64,000 nt of DNA, taken from NCBI GenBank assembly GCA_963796285.1, contig CAWCKW010000013.1:128001-192000 (forward strand). The letters run 5' to 3'. Made by a program: the position numbers and the translations under genes. Positions 20,340 through 31,032 of this stretch are shown here, piece after piece (position 1 is the first letter of the stretch; each line of letters opens with the position of its first letter). The notes below the pieces were generated by a model, which did no database searches, was not told the origin of the DNA, and saw only the letters and a program-made list of their open reading frames with translations. This DNA is from Nitrospirota bacterium. Lineage in GTDB: Bacteria > Nitrospirota > UBA9217.

Positions 20340-21266
20340 CTACTGGGTAAACAACTTGTAAATAGCTATCGCCGCGGGGCCGAGGAGCACGATAAAGACG
20401 GCTGGAAAGATGCACAAGACCAGCGGGAACACCAACTTTATCGTCGTTTTTGCTGCCGCTTCCTCCGCGATCTGCCTCCTTTTCGTGCGCAGGCTCTCGG
20501 CAAAACCCTTCAAAGCTTGAGCAACGCTTGTGCCGAACTTCTCCGACTGGATCAGCATATCGGTCAATGCCTTTATATCATCCAATCCCGTCCTTCTGTG
20601 AAGGTTCCTAAGGGCGTCAATCCTCGGCAGTCCCACCATAATCTCGTTGACTATCTGCCTGATTTCCATGGAAAGGGGCGTCTTCTCAAGGATCTGTTCC
20701 TCGCTCACCTTCCGTAAGGCCGCGTCAAGCCCCAGGCCGGCCTCCACAATGATCGCAAGAAGGTCCAGAACATCCGGCATGTTATGGAATATCTCTTCCT
20801 GCCTCGTTCTTACCTTATAAGAAAGGTAGCCGTCGACCGCGAAGAAACCGATAAAGGCAAGAAGCGCTGTTATGATAACGCCTGTGGTAATGTCAACGAA
20901 TCTGAAACCGGTGAACACAAAGACCGCGGGCAGCGACACGGTCAAGAAGATTTTAAATCCGTAAAACGCTCTCGCGCTCCCTTTGCTTCTGAAGCCGGCC
21001 AGAACAAGGAGGTTACGATAGCGGGACACCCGCTTCTCTTGCGGGGCAGGGAACAGATCGGTCACGTACTTGATACTTTTCTTGAGAAATGGCAGGCTCT
21101 CTTTTTTTGTTCGTCGCTCCCGGGTGACTTTCATCTGCTCCAGACGATCGGCCATAACATTTGTCCTGGAGGGTAGTAGAAGCGCAACGGCCCAAATGAT
21201 CCCCACGATGCTGATAAACAATAATATTAAAGTAAGGAACATGCGGTCTCTCCCTGTTCTGTTCAT
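20340..21266 (-). CDS. tadC: Tad pilus platform protein TadC
   Basis: PDVLDLLAIIVEAGLGLDAAL, QSEKFGTSVAQAL, KLVFPLVLCIFPA. Confidence 0.93.
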   Translation of the reverse strand: MNRTGRDRMFLTLILLFISIVGIIWAVALLLPSRTNVMADRLEQMKVTRERRTKKESLPFLKKSIKYVTDLFPAPQEKRVSRYRNLLVLAGFRSKGSARAFYGFKIFLTVSLPAVFVFTGFRFVDITTGVIITALLAFIGFFAVDGYLSYKVRTRQEEIFHNMPDVLDLLAIIVEAGLGLDAALRKVSEEQILEKTPLSMEIRQIVNEIMVGLPRIDALRNLHRRTGLDDIKALTDMLIQSEKFGTSVAQALKGFAESLRTKRRQIAEEAAAKTTIKLVFPLVLCIFPAVFIVLLGPAAIAIYKLFTQ

Positions 21267-21296
21267 ACCCACCCGCCGGTGGATGGGAAGCACGGG

Positions 21297-22268
21297 TTAT
21301 ATCTTGATTCTTATTATCTTTCTTATAAACATGAAGCCTACGAACTGCAGGACCAATGCGCCGGCAATAAGATATTTGCCCGCCGTCTCCTTAAAAAGGA
21401 TGCTGATATAATCAGGATTCAGCACATGGATAACCACCACCAAAAAAATCGGGAGGGCACCCAGGATATATCCCGACAAACGTCCTTGCGCGGAAAATAC
21501 CCGCACCTGCCTCTTCAATTTCAGTCTTTCCTTGATAAGCAGGGAAAGGTTTTTCAAGATCTCCACCAGGTTGCCCCCGGTCACCCTCTGGATATTTACA
21601 GCCGTTACGAAGAACATCAAATCCATGCTATCAATCCGGTAAATCATCCGCCTCAGGGCGTCATAGTGGCTGAGACCCAAAGCCTGTTCGTCGATGGCTG
21701 TGTTAAAGATCGTACTAACGGGATCTGATGACTCCTGGGCCGCGTATTGCATCGCAGAGGTAAACGAGTGGCCTGCATCGAGCGATCTGGCAATAGTAGT
21801 AAGGGTGTCTGGAAACTGCTCCTCAAATTTTATGATCCTTTGCTGTTTGCGCCAATGAATATAGAAGTACGGCGTCGCGGCCAGAAAGAGGCACAAAGCA
21901 ATGGCGAAGAAAAGCCCTCTGTTGATCAGGATGCCGGCAAGTAAACCGGTCATGCCGATGGTAAGGGTGAGTAAGAGCAATTGCCCCACCTTTATTTGCA
22001 CGTTTGCCTGCTCAATAAGGACGGCGATTTTCTCCATGATCGGGATTTTATACAGTACTTTGTTCAGCGCGGGTATCTCGCTCAACAACTCATCACGCAG
22101 AAGCCCCGGCATTCTCATGCTGCCGGGGTGACTAACCTCCATATTCGCCAGCCTCGCCTTTATCACGGCCCTGGACGACTGCCTGAGTCCGCCGAGCATC
22201 AGATACAGTGAGATAATGCCTGATATAATTGCCATAAAAGCAAGAAGTACTATCAAAACGATATGCAT
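21297..22268 (-). CDS. tadB: Tad pilus platform protein TadB
   Basis: KFEEQFPDTL...SLDAGHSF, QRVTGGNLVEIL, SAQGRLSG. Confidence 0.93.
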   Translation of the reverse strand: MHIVLIVLLAFMAIISGIISLYLMLGGLRQSSRAVIKARLANMEVSHPGSMRMPGLLRDELLSEIPALNKVLYKIPIMEKIAVLIEQANVQIKVGQLLLLTLTIGMTGLLAGILINRGLFFAIALCLFLAATPYFYIHWRKQQRIIKFEEQFPDTLTTIARSLDAGHSFTSAMQYAAQESSDPVSTIFNTAIDEQALGLSHYDALRRMIYRIDSMDLMFFVTAVNIQRVTGGNLVEILKNLSLLIKERLKLKRQVRVFSAQGRLSGYILGALPIFLVVVIHVLNPDYISILFKETAGKYLIAGALVLQFVGFMFIRKIIRIKI

Positions 22269-22372
22269 GGGAACCTCATATATTACTTTTTCCGCTCTCC
22301 CTGAGAGAAGAAAGGCGGAATTTTTTGGTGACTACCGACTTTTTACGAGTTTATCAATTTTGACCTCGGCAG

Positions 22373-23740
22373 TTACAATATTGGCGTTATCTCGAAGGTT
22401 CTGGGAGAGAGATGCACCCCTGCCTGTTCCAATCTCTCTGCAAACTTGGGCCAGATCCCGTTCGCCTTGAACTGACCCAGGACCTTCCCGTCTTCATCGA
22501 CGCCGGATATACCGAAGTGGAAGATCTCCTGCATTGCTATGATGTCCCCCTCCATGCCTACTATCTCTGAAATACCGATGACCTTCCTGGTCCCATCGCT
22601 AAGCCTCGCAAGTTGTATCACGATGCTTATCGCCGAAGCGATCTGCTCCCGTATGGCCCTCTGCGGAAGGTCCATCCCTGCCATCAGCACCATGGTCTCC
22701 ACACGGGAGAGGGCGTCTCGCGGGCTGTTTGCGTGGACCGTGGTGATGGACCCGTCATGACCGGTATTCATGGCCTGCAACATGTCCAGTGCCTCTTCAC
22801 CCCTGACCTCGCCCACAATGATCCTGTCGGGCCTCATCCTGAGCGCGTTTTTAACGAGATTTCTCTGGGTTACCTCTCCCCTTCCCTCTATGTTGGGCGG
22901 CCTCGTCTCAAGCCTGACCACGTGATCCTGCTTAAGATGCAATTCCGCGGAGTCTTCAATGGTCACGACCCTCTCCCTGCCCGGGATGGACTCGGACAGG
23001 ACATTGAGCAAGGTTGTCTTGCCGCTTCCTGTCCCACCGGATATGATGATGTTGACCCTGGCCTTTACGGCGCCTTGCAGCACCTCGATCGCCTGGAGAT
23101 TCAGGCTCCCCAGGGCTAGAAGGTCAATCATCTTCAAATATTCCTTGCCGAACCGACGTATGGAAATAGCGGGGCCGTCCAGGGCAATGGGCGGTATGAT
23201 GGCGTTGACCCTCGACCCGTCGGGCAGCCGCGCGTCAACGTAAGGGGACGCCTCATCGATCCTCCTGCCGACCTTGGATATGATCCGGTCAATGATCTGC
23301 ATAAGGTGCGCGTCATTCCTGAACACAGTGTTCGTCTTTTCAAGCTTCCCGAACTTCTCTATGTATACCTGACCCGGGCCGTTCACGAGGATATCGGATA
23401 TGTCCATGTCGTGCAAGAGTGGTTCCAGCGGGCCGAGCCCCAGGGTTTCATGTAGAATCTCTATGAGCAGATGTTCCCTATCCGTCTCGCTCAAGGGGAC
23501 GCCCTCTTCTTTGATAAGGTCCTCGCTGATCAGCCTTATCTCCTCTTCGAGCTTGTCCCTTCCGATTTCGTTCAAGGCTGAAAGGTCCATCCTTTCCACC
23601 AGCTTACGGTGGATGTTTGCCTTCAGCTCCTGATAAGGGTCCAACTGGATGGACCGTCTCAAAATACTGGCGGCGTAACCCTGTTCCGGCCCGATGACTT
23701 CCGGCTTTTTAGTGCCCAACAGCCGATCTTTTAAACCCAT
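22373..23740 (-). CDS. cpaF: Tad pilus ATPase TadA/CpaF
   Basis: [41 protein letters not shown]. Confidence 0.96.
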   Translation of the reverse strand: MGLKDRLLGTKKPEVIGPEQGYAASILRRSIQLDPYQELKANIHRKLVERMDLSALNEIGRDKLEEEIRLISEDLIKEEGVPLSETDREHLLIEILHETLGLGPLEPLLHDMDISDILVNGPGQVYIEKFGKLEKTNTVFRNDAHLMQIIDRIISKVGRRIDEASPYVDARLPDGSRVNAIIPPIALDGPAISIRRFGKEYLKMIDLLALGSLNLQAIEVLQGAVKARVNIIISGGTGSGKTTLLNVLSESIPGRERVVTIEDSAELHLKQDHVVRLETRPPNIEGRGEVTQRNLVKNALRMRPDRIIVGEVRGEEALDMLQAMNTGHDGSITTVHANSPRDALSRVETMVLMAGMDLPQRAIREQIASAISIVIQLARLSDGTRKVIGISEIVGMEGDIIAMQEIFHFGISGVDEDGKVLGQFKANGIWPKFAERLEQAGVHLSPRTFEITPIL

Positions 23741-23870
23741 GTATGTTCCTCCTCACCTTGTTTCCAAGGGGTGTAAAACAGAGAGTTCGTCCTGTTAGCT
23801 GATCAGAATAACTCATCCGAGAAATTAAATTTAATACAAACGAAATACTGATTGTTACATTTCGATGAGT

Positions 23871-23917
23871 CCCCCTCGCCCTACCCTCTCCTCTGGGGAG
23901 AGGGCAATGGTGAGGGG
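23871..23917. repeat. REP-like palindrome, CCCTCTCC...GGAGAGGG class
   Basis: ccccctcgccctaccctctcctctggggagagggcaatggtgagggg. Confidence 0.7.
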
Positions 23918-23940
23918 CATGAATGTATCAAATGTTAAAT

Positions 23941-25167
23941 TTAATCTTTTTGCAATAACCTCTTGAGCAAAGATTTTTTTTCTTCTTTTTTTTCCTTTTC
24001 TTCTGTTGAGCACTCAGCGTAAAACGTCTTGTTTATGCCCCTGACGATGTTCTCCATGCTTTTCGTTATATTGGACGATGGCACAAGGGTCACCAGCGGG
24101 ATGCCCCGGTTGATGGAGGTGACCACGTTCTGGTATTCGTTCGGGATCAGCCACGAGATTGGATATTGCAGCGTGTCCTGGGCATAATCCGCCTTGATGT
24201 CCTCGTTTGCCCCATACCTGTTTATAAGCAGCCGAACCTTGTCTTGTCCATAACCCAGGTCACGAAAAACCTGAAGGCTCTTCTGAATATTACGGATGGC
24301 AGGGAGGGTCAAAACCCCTACCAGCAATATCATGTCGGCAATATCCATGACGGTCAGGAACCGTTCATCAAAAGAATATCCTCCGTCCACAATGACATAA
24401 CCTCCCATTCCTTTCAGCAAGTGAAGAACCGATTTTATCTTCGGCGCGGTGATCTCTTCCACATCTGCGACATTCTTCGGCTCGGCAAGCACGTAAATGC
24501 CCGATTCATGCCGGCACATTGCGCCTTTTACGTAATTGGCGTCGATCCCGTTCACGTTTCGCGCGACATCCGCTATGGTATAGCTCGGTTTTATGTTGAG
24601 GAAGGTCGAGACGTCCCCGCCCTGCAGATCCAGGTCCACGATCATTACGGGTCTCTTTTTATCCCGCGCCATTAAGGCCGCCAGGTTCACCGCGACCGTG
24701 GTTTTGCCGTACCCGTCCTTGCTGCCCAAGACAGCGATTATCTTCCCCTCCTCCGCCCCGGCCAGAGGGGCTGACCTTCTAGACATGGCCTGCATGGTCA
24801 CCTTCTCGATGGCCCTCGCAAGTTCCTTCTTATTAATGGGTCTCAGCAGGTAATCATCGGCTCCCGCGCGCATCGCTTCAAGGATAATGTCAGAATCTTT
24901 TTGATCGCACGTAATAAAAACAGCGGTAAGAGGATATTTTTTCTTCACACCTGCAACAAAGGCCAGAATACTGGCTTTATCGGACAGCTTCATTTCCACA
25001 ATGACAAAAAGCGCAACAGTCGGCCTATACCGGGAAAGCATCGAGTCGCCCGTTTTCAAGTCCGATGCCTTCAAAATCTGTTCGATATCCATCTCCTTCA
25101 GATATCCCGCGATTATCTCCATAGACTCGGTTTCCCGGTCGATTATCAACGCTGACAGATGAGACAT
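23941..25167 (-). CDS. cpaE: Pilus assembly protein CpaE/TadZ (receiver-like + MinD-like)
   Basis: AMRAGADDYL, deviant P-loop GSKDGYGKTT, VDLDLQGGD, INRGIPL. Confidence 0.9.
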   Translation of the reverse strand: MSHLSALIIDRETESMEIIAGYLKEMDIEQILKASDLKTGDSMLSRYRPTVALFVIVEMKLSDKASILAFVAGVKKKYPLTAVFITCDQKDSDIILEAMRAGADDYLLRPINKKELARAIEKVTMQAMSRRSAPLAGAEEGKIIAVLGSKDGYGKTTVAVNLAALMARDKKRPVMIVDLDLQGGDVSTFLNIKPSYTIADVARNVNGIDANYVKGAMCRHESGIYVLAEPKNVADVEEITAPKIKSVLHLLKGMGGYVIVDGGYSFDERFLTVMDIADMILLVGVLTLPAIRNIQKSLQVFRDLGYGQDKVRLLINRYGANEDIKADYAQDTLQYPISWLIPNEYQNVVTSINRGIPLVTLVPSSNITKSMENIVRGINKTFYAECSTEEKEKKEEKKSLLKRLLQKD

Positions 25168-25303
25168 ATTTCCGAAGCTCCTTTTAAGTTCTTCCTAGCG
25201 TACCGAATTTGCTCGTTGAGCCCCACATGGGGGCCATCGAACTGTTCATGTCATTGCATCTTTTTTATCGGGTCCGCATTGCTTGACCCAGGCTACCGGC
25301 TTT

Positions 25304-26401
25304 TTATTGGACCAGTACTGATTTCCAGCCTGACATTCCACCCGAAGCCGCGCAACTGGCGCACGTTACCCGATCAATAACAATGACATTATTAGGGTAA
25401 CCTGCACATGCACCGGCGGGCGCCGAATATCCTCTGCAAATAGACCCTCCTCCGCCTCCTTGAGCACATATTGCTATTATTCGAATTTGCGCATAACCAA
25501 TTACTGGTTGCGGATCAGGCTGAGTACCAGGAGGGCAAACTGCGGTATAAGGAACCGTAACCCACCAATAGGGATATCCGGTCGATTCATGTATTCCTTT
25601 CATGTTGCTTTCGTATGTTGGATCATACATTGCAGCCTCAAGATTTCTTAGTACGCTCGTTGGACCTCCCATCGTTGTAAATATAGAATTTCCACAACTG
25701 TCAGCAAATGGTGCCTCCCCACAGATATAAGCAATTAGACCATTGGCATTCGTTGACTGATCATTTAGTGAAGTCCACGCGTAGTTAGAAGTTCCGGTAG
25801 GTCCGGTGTCCAGAACTCTGGGTGGGTTTAATTCAGCAACAATAGGAAAGACACTTGCCGTGGGCGTAGGCGCGTTACACAAATCCGCGCAAAAAGATAT
25901 GTATCCGCTCGATCGTGCGGGTCTTGCCGCGATCGCGTAAGTGTTTATGTTTTGTTTTGTTGTGTCGAATATCTTGCCAAAAATCCTCGGGAAACCAGCG
26001 GTATCATTATCTGTACTTCGCGCTTTTACCTGCACGGCATTTACGGGCGTTACTCCAGGGGAATACGTATTTGTGGCCCAAGAACCAACAGTAATATTAT
26101 TGTTTTCGGATAGGGCATTGCTGCCGTCACTACTTAGATGAACCGGGCTTCCAGACGCCGTGTTTAATCCGGCGTACGTGACAGCCTCAGTCCGTGCATC
26201 TGTTTGAGTTAGATCGCTAGTCCCATTGAGCTTGATAGCCCCCGCCAATGCCGCGGCATCCGCCGCGCCCTGGAGCTGGTTCTTTGTGTGATAGAAGTAA
26301 CCGAGATCAATAGCAAGAGCGGCAAAGCCCAGCAAGACAACCAGGGAAATGGCCACAAGGACAAGTATCTGACCTCTATTGTTTTTACTTGAATCAACCA
26401 T
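25304..26401 (-). CDS. tadG: TadG-like pilus protein
   Basis: NRGQILVLVA...LAIDLGY...QLQGAADAAALAGA; Cys-rich C-terminal domain. Confidence 0.85.
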   Translation of the reverse strand: MVDSSKNNRGQILVLVAISLVVLLGFAALAIDLGYFYHTKNQLQGAADAAALAGAIKLNGTSDLTQTDARTEAVTYAGLNTASGSPVHLSSDGSNALSENNNITVGSWATNTYSPGVTPVNAVQVKARSTDNDTAGFPRIFGKIFDTTKQNINTYAIAARPARSSGYISFCADLCNAPTPTASVFPIVAELNPPRVLDTGPTGTSNYAWTSLNDQSTNANGLIAYICGEAPFADSCGNSIFTTMGGPTSVLRNLEAAMYDPTYESNMKGIHESTGYPYWWVTVPYTAVCPPGTQPDPQPVIGYAQIRIIAICAQGGGGGSICRGYSAPAGACAGYPNNVIVIDRVTCASCAASGGMSGWKSVLVQ

Positions 26402-26459
26402 GTTATATCCCTCCTTCTCGAAGAGAAGAGAGCGAGCAACCACAAAGGTTGTCCGTGCA

Positions 26460-27705
26460 TTATTCTACTTTCTTCGTTTCCTCTTTTTTTATCTTCCTTT
26501 ACCACTCCTTCACTCATGTCAGGCATCAAAGGTATCCAGCGCACTCTGTCCTCCTCACCGGGGGTTATGGTTGTCATCGCCTTAAGGTCCGGTGCCTCAC
26601 CCTTGGCAATGGGTTTCTTGAGAAGCGGGGTGATGATCACTATCAGCTCTGTCTCCTTGTTCTGAAAGTTTTTGCTCCTGAAAAGGGCTCCGAGTATCGG
26701 TATGTCCCCGAGTATCGGGAACTTGGATATGGCCCTGCTGGCCTCGCTCGAGATAAGTCCCGAAAGGATCAGGCTTTCACCCTCTTTCAGGTCTACTACG
26801 GTGCTGGTGGAACGCTTATTTATTATCGGGAACTGTCCTTGTGACAGGATAGTCGGGGTTGATGGATCAACGGTACTCACCTCCACAGGATCGATCTTAA
26901 GGCTTATAAAACCGTCCTTGAGGAGTATAGGCGCAAACTCAAGCTTTATCCCGACCTCCTCGAACTGGACAGTGGCTGTGCTTCCGCCGGTAGTGCCGAT
27001 AGTTGTCGTAACAAAAGGTATCTTCTGGCCGGCAACAAACTTACCCCTTTCCCCGCTCTTAACCACCAGATTCGGTTCTGCCAGGGTCTTGGAGAGCCCC
27101 TTCTTGTCCAATGCCTTTATCATGGCACTAATGTTTTGTGGGACTTGGACCAGGGCCGCCGTTACATCGGAGCCGAGAGTAAGTCCAGGGGCCATCGCAG
27201 TTCCGGCCGGCGCTGCAAAACTTCCACCGGCATAGCTCGCCCCTCCCCACTCCTTGCCCAGGGAGCTGAAGTTTATGCCGAGATCTCTCAGTGCAGACCT
27301 GCCTACCTCGGCCACCTTCACCTGGAGCATGATCTGCTGGTGCTGGTGGGCGGCTACGTCCAGATTAAAGAAGGTATACTGATCCGTTGCATCCCATACT
27401 ATGAGATTTGTAATGCCGGGGTTTTTCCCGATTATCAGCAATTGCCTGGGGGTCATCGTCCTGATATCGGCTATGTCACTGTTGCCGACTGCAACTTTGC
27501 TTATATTGTAGCCTACGGTCAGGACCTGGGACTGCCCTGTTTCCACGGCCACATTTACAGCCGGGGCTTCGGCCAGTGACTGCCCGGAGAACAAGATCAC
27601 TATCGCCCCTGTCGAGAAAATTGTTTTCAGCCACCCGGCACGATTAAACCGTTGCCTAACTGCCATGATCCTTCCAGCTATAATCAAGAAGTTTTTATGT
27701 TTCAT
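26460..27705 (-). CDS. cpaC: Tad secretin CpaC/RcpA
   Basis: VAVGNSDIAD, LAEPNL, FVAGQKIP, KFPILGDIPILGALFRS, ETELIVIITP. Removing one A from the A7 run at 26484-26490 gives a clean end EDKKEETKKVE* at 26460, avoiding the overlap with tadG. Confidence 0.9.
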
Positions 27706-28598
27706 TTTGTCACCTCTCTTTTATTCCACATGCCGCCTTCTTCAGTAAAGCTGTCTTCGCTCTTTTTGGTCTCGCCTTTGCTGCCTTTTATCACGGTTAT
27801 GGTCAAGTTTTCGTTTTCTCTGATTGGTGCGGCTTCTCTGACTCGTACAGGGCGAGATCTTACAACAGTGGCGACCGTTCCGCTGCCGCTGAGCAGGTTG
27901 GCAGTCGAGGCCCCTCTTGTTGATGCAGGGGCATTATCCTTTGCGCCGCGTAAAAGGAGTTGAAGGGTGCCGACGTTACTGGCCAGGGCGAGCTTTTCCG
28001 CCTCCTCCGGCGTAATGGAAACAGTTACGGTCGGGACCTGAATGGCCTTCCCATCTTTTTCCTCCATTTTCTGACCCACGGCCAGTATCCTCAGGTTCTG
28101 AAGGACGATCTTGCTTATGCGCTCTCCCTTGGGTGGTGTGGTAGTAACGATAACATCAACCGTACTGTTTGGAAGGACGAAACCCGCCACTCCGGCCACG
28201 TCGTTTACCGCAACCGCCATGGCCCGGTGGCCTTCCGGAATGATGTATGCCATGACGCCTGACTTGGAATCGCTGGAAACAAGCTTTGCCTCCATCAAAG
28301 GCTCTCCTGCGACGATATTGTTCACAACAGTCCTTCCGACCAGCACACCCGGGTCCTGGAAGGTCCCTGGTGGGACGTTAGCCCTGGGCCATAGGACTTT
28401 TTTTAATTGTCTCTGCTCAATAGTTGAACCCAGGGGGATATTTTCAGCCGCCGCCACAACCTCGATCATGTTTACCTTCGCCCTCTCCACCTCCTGCTGC
28501 TTGGACTGAAGATAACTCCAGATAGAAAAAGTAGCTACGCCGGCCAGCAAAACAGCCACGATCAGCAATATGATTACCATCTTTCGTCTTTCCATCAC
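27702..28598 (-). CDS. cpaB: Flp pilus assembly protein CpaB/RcpC
   Basis: SAF domain, IPEGHRAMAVAV..VAGVAGFVLP..VDVI, VLQNLRILAV. Confidence 0.93.
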   Translation of the reverse strand: MMERRKMVIILLIVAVLLAGVATFSIWSYLQSKQQEVERAKVNMIEVVAAAENIPLGSTIEQRQLKKVLWPRANVPPGTFQDPGVLVGRTVVNNIVAGEPLMEAKLVSSDSKSGVMAYIIPEGHRAMAVAVNDVAGVAGFVLPNSTVDVIVTTTPPKGERISKIVLQNLRILAVGQKMEEKDGKAIQVPTVTVSITPEEAEKLALASNVGTLQLLLRGAKDNAPASTRGASTANLLSGSGTVATVVRSRPVRVREAAPIRENENLTITVIKGSKGETKKSEDSFTEEGGMWNKREVTK

Positions 28599-28689
28599 GT
28601 CCCCCTTGATAAAAGTTCTGTTGTAGAGTTCAATTCAGATGATTTTACTACTCCAAACGATACGTTGCGGTCCTTGGTATAATAATATT

Positions 28690-29141
28690 ATTCAATGCTC
28701 ACTGGGATGAGGCTACATCCGAACTATGACTAACAGGTTGGAAATGTTTCACGTGGCAGTTGCAGTTACTGATGTTTGGACAGTGGCGGAGTAGTAGCGA
28801 TCCACAGCCGACCGGACTACCCAGAATCATCATTACAAGTAACACGAGTCGACATTGTTATCGTCATGTTGCCCTCTTACTGTGCCGTAGCCATCCGCTG
28901 AATTCTAAAGAGTGTACGCGTCAGTAGTATGCTTCAGCAACAGACTCGCTTCACCGTCTTTACGGCATAGGTCCTCGCCGCAAGGTTTGCATACCTCCTT
29001 AAGCAAATCCGCATGGTACCATGCCCTACCGAATTCCGTGATGCCGAAAAGCACAGGGATCAACACAAATACGGCTACCATGGCGAATTCCACCGTGTTC
29101 TGACCCTTTTCATTTTTCAATTTTGAGAGTATGTTTTTCAT
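28690..29141 (-). CDS. tadE: TadE-like pseudopilin (frameshifted; 3' end approximate)
   Basis: MKNILSKLKNEKGQNTVEFAMVAVFVLIPVLFGITEFGR: G/QxxVEFA cleavage motif. Confidence 0.8.
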
Positions 29142-29185
29142 GTCCGGCTCCGATATTAACTCGTCGTAGTGACCAAACAGCGTTG

Positions 29186-29701
29186 TTACCTCATCTCCAG
29201 GAGCAGGCATGCCGCAGCCCCTGCTGAGATGGCGATCGCATAGGGAATCTTTTCCTTCCTCGCATACTCCGGAATTTCCAGAGCTGACCAGTTCCGGGTA
29301 TAGTAAGCGGTCCTCACCGAAGCTCCTAATGTTCTCATATCGGCCCTTTTCATAACAAAGGCCATCCTAACGACCGCCATGAGCCCGCCTATTATTGCCA
29401 TTGCAAGGAATGTGATAAAGACGAACCACGGCCCCTTGACAGCGCCTATGGCACCCAGGAGCTTCACGTCTCCGGCCCCCATCCCTCCCGCGGCATACGG
29501 GAGATAGAGAAGGCCCATCCCGATTATGAGCCCTGCAATTGAAACCGAAAGCCCGGGAAAACCTCTTTCCATGAAAGCAATGAATATTCCTGCTGCTACG
29601 GTGGGAATGGTTATGATGTTTGGGACCTTTTTGAATTTATAGTCAATGATGGCTGATGTGATTAAAACAGCTATCAATATCGCATTCTCGTTTATTTTCA
29701 T
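29186..29701 (-). CDS. cpaA: A24 prepilin peptidase CpaA/TadV
   Basis: IDYKFKKVPN, GGMGAGDVKLLGAIG, IPYAIAI. Confidence 0.92.
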   Translation of the reverse strand: MKINENAILIAVLITSAIIDYKFKKVPNIITIPTVAAGIFIAFMERGFPGLSVSIAGLIIGMGLLYLPYAAGGMGAGDVKLLGAIGAVKGPWFVFITFLAMAIIGGLMAVVRMAFVMKRADMRTLGASVRTAYYTRNWSALEIPEYARKEKIPYAIAISAGAAACLLLEMR

Positions 29702-29766
29702 TGTCCGGACAGCACATTGCACCTGTTCCATGAGCTTGTTACATAGATCGTTTGTTAAGATATTCC

Positions 29767-29839
29767 GTCATTCTGAGCGCAGCGAAGAATTTCGTTGTTA
29801 AAATATTAATGAGCGACCTTTCGCTCCGCTCAGGGTGAC
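29767..29839. repeat. REP-like palindrome, GTCATTCTGAGCG...CGCTCAGGGTGAC class
   Basis: gtcattctgagcgcagcgaag ... ctttcgctccgctcagggtgac. Confidence 0.7.
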
Positions 29840-29896
29840 AAAAACTGGATGCGCAGAGTAAAGTCTTTTCACTTAGTGTAAACTCTCACCGAAACA

Positions 29897-29929
29897 ATTA
29901 AAACATTGCCCCTGCCTCGCGGCAGGGGC
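29897..29929 (-). terminator. Hairpin after flp, likely intrinsic terminator or attenuator
   Basis: gcccctgcc-tcgc-ggcaggggc 9-bp stem, followed on the minus strand by aatgtttt. Confidence 0.6.
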
Positions 29930-29945
29930 TTATCTGTTTATCTGT

Positions 29946-30122
29946 TTATCTGTTAAGTGCCGCTCCAATATTGTTATAGGTATTACCAACTCTCCCTCCC
30001 AAGAACTGCAGGGCAACTATCACGACTATCGCCACTAATGCGATAATAAGCGCATACTCCACCAGCCCCTGTCCCTCCTCATTCTTCATGAATCCACTCA
30101 CCCTATTCATTAATTTCTTCAT
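29946..30122 (-). CDS. flp: Flp pilin (copy 1, intact)
   Basis: Not in the ORF track. MKKLMNRVSGFMKNEEG/QGLVEYALIIALVAIVVIVALQFLGGRVGNTYNNIGAALNR*, with SD GGGAGGTG. Confidence 0.95.
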   Translation of the reverse strand: MKKLMNRVSGFMKNEEGQGLVEYALIIALVAIVVIVALQFLGGRVGNTYNNIGAALNR

Positions 30123-30298
30123 TCGTTTTCACCTCCCTTCTTTAATATAAAATAATTTGTTTTGCCGCCTCAATTATGCGAAGTGTTTAATTACAAACGT
30201 AAAATACGCCAACATATACTTTTATAAATAAAAATCAGTAATTGCGTCATGACATGAAAAATTGTAAATCTCAGAATTCTTATCCTGTCTCCGCACAA

Positions 30299-30478
30299 TT
30301 ATCTGTTAAGTGCCGCTCCAATATTGTTATAGGTATTACCAACTCTCCCACCCAGGAACCTCAGGGCAACTATCACGACAAGCGCCACTCTAAACCCAGA
30401 ATAAGCGCATACTCCACCAGCCCCTGTCCCTCCTCGCTCTTCCACCAACCCACTCACCCTATTCATTAATTTCTTCAT
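30299..30478 (-). CDS. flp: Flp pilin (copy 2; internal indels, net +3 nt)
   Basis: Near-identical to copy 1 at DNA level; both ends in frame; EEGQGLVEYAL is present in a shifted frame. Confidence 0.85.
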   Translation of the reverse strand: MKKLMNRVSGLVEERGGTGAGGVCAYSGFRVALVVIVALRFLGGRVGNTYNNIGAALNR

Positions 30479-31032
30479 TCGAACCACCTCCCTATTTGAA
30501 TTTAACATACGTTATTTTGTCGACTCAATTACGCGAAGTGTCTAATTACAATATAAAAATACCCCTAACGTGTTCTTTTATAATGAAAATACTGATTGTT
30601 CTTGACAGGAAACCTCTGCAAATAGGGATGGCTAGACATACAATGCTATTATCTTTACATTTATTTGTCACTCTGTCAAGGTCCCCCTTGCACATACTTA
30701 TTTAATGCTTCTTAAGTGCAATCACTCTCTTCCCTGCCTTCACACCAAACTTAGTTTGTTTCAAACAGACAGCAGTGCTTATCCCTAATCTTGGATATTA
30801 GTATGGATAAAATTGTTACAAAAAAAGAGTAAACTCATTGATAATATCTGCAATTAAAGTGCTAGAAATTTCGGACCTGTTTAATTTCAAATACTTGAAT
30901 AATATTGAATTGGAGATGTAAGATTTTCTGACAAACTAAAAAATAAATAAATTCTTTCTAATCAATTAGATATATAAAAACATGTGAAAAATAAAATTAT
31001 CATTCGATAAATGCAAAATTATCAAAATTGCA

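Noticed and set aside
23843-23858. 14-nt match (aaatactgattgtt) shared with the flp upstream region at ~30587-30600
   Set aside because: Short AT-rich match, not palindromic and only partly kept in the other flp copy; too weak to call a regulator site.
26209-26460. C-terminal extension of the secretin overlapping tadG
   Set aside because: Explained by one extra A in an A7 run; correction gives a stop at 26460.
30847-30865. Possible sigma54 promoter upstream of the flp genes (TAGCAC-N5-TTGCA on the minus strand)
   Set aside because: Spacing is right, but the invariant -24 GG is AG, and it lies ~370 nt from the start codon.
30480-31030. c-di-GMP riboswitch upstream of the pilin genes
   Set aside because: No GEMM-like GCAAA/GNRA-receptor stems could be identified by eye; an Infernal scan would be needed.
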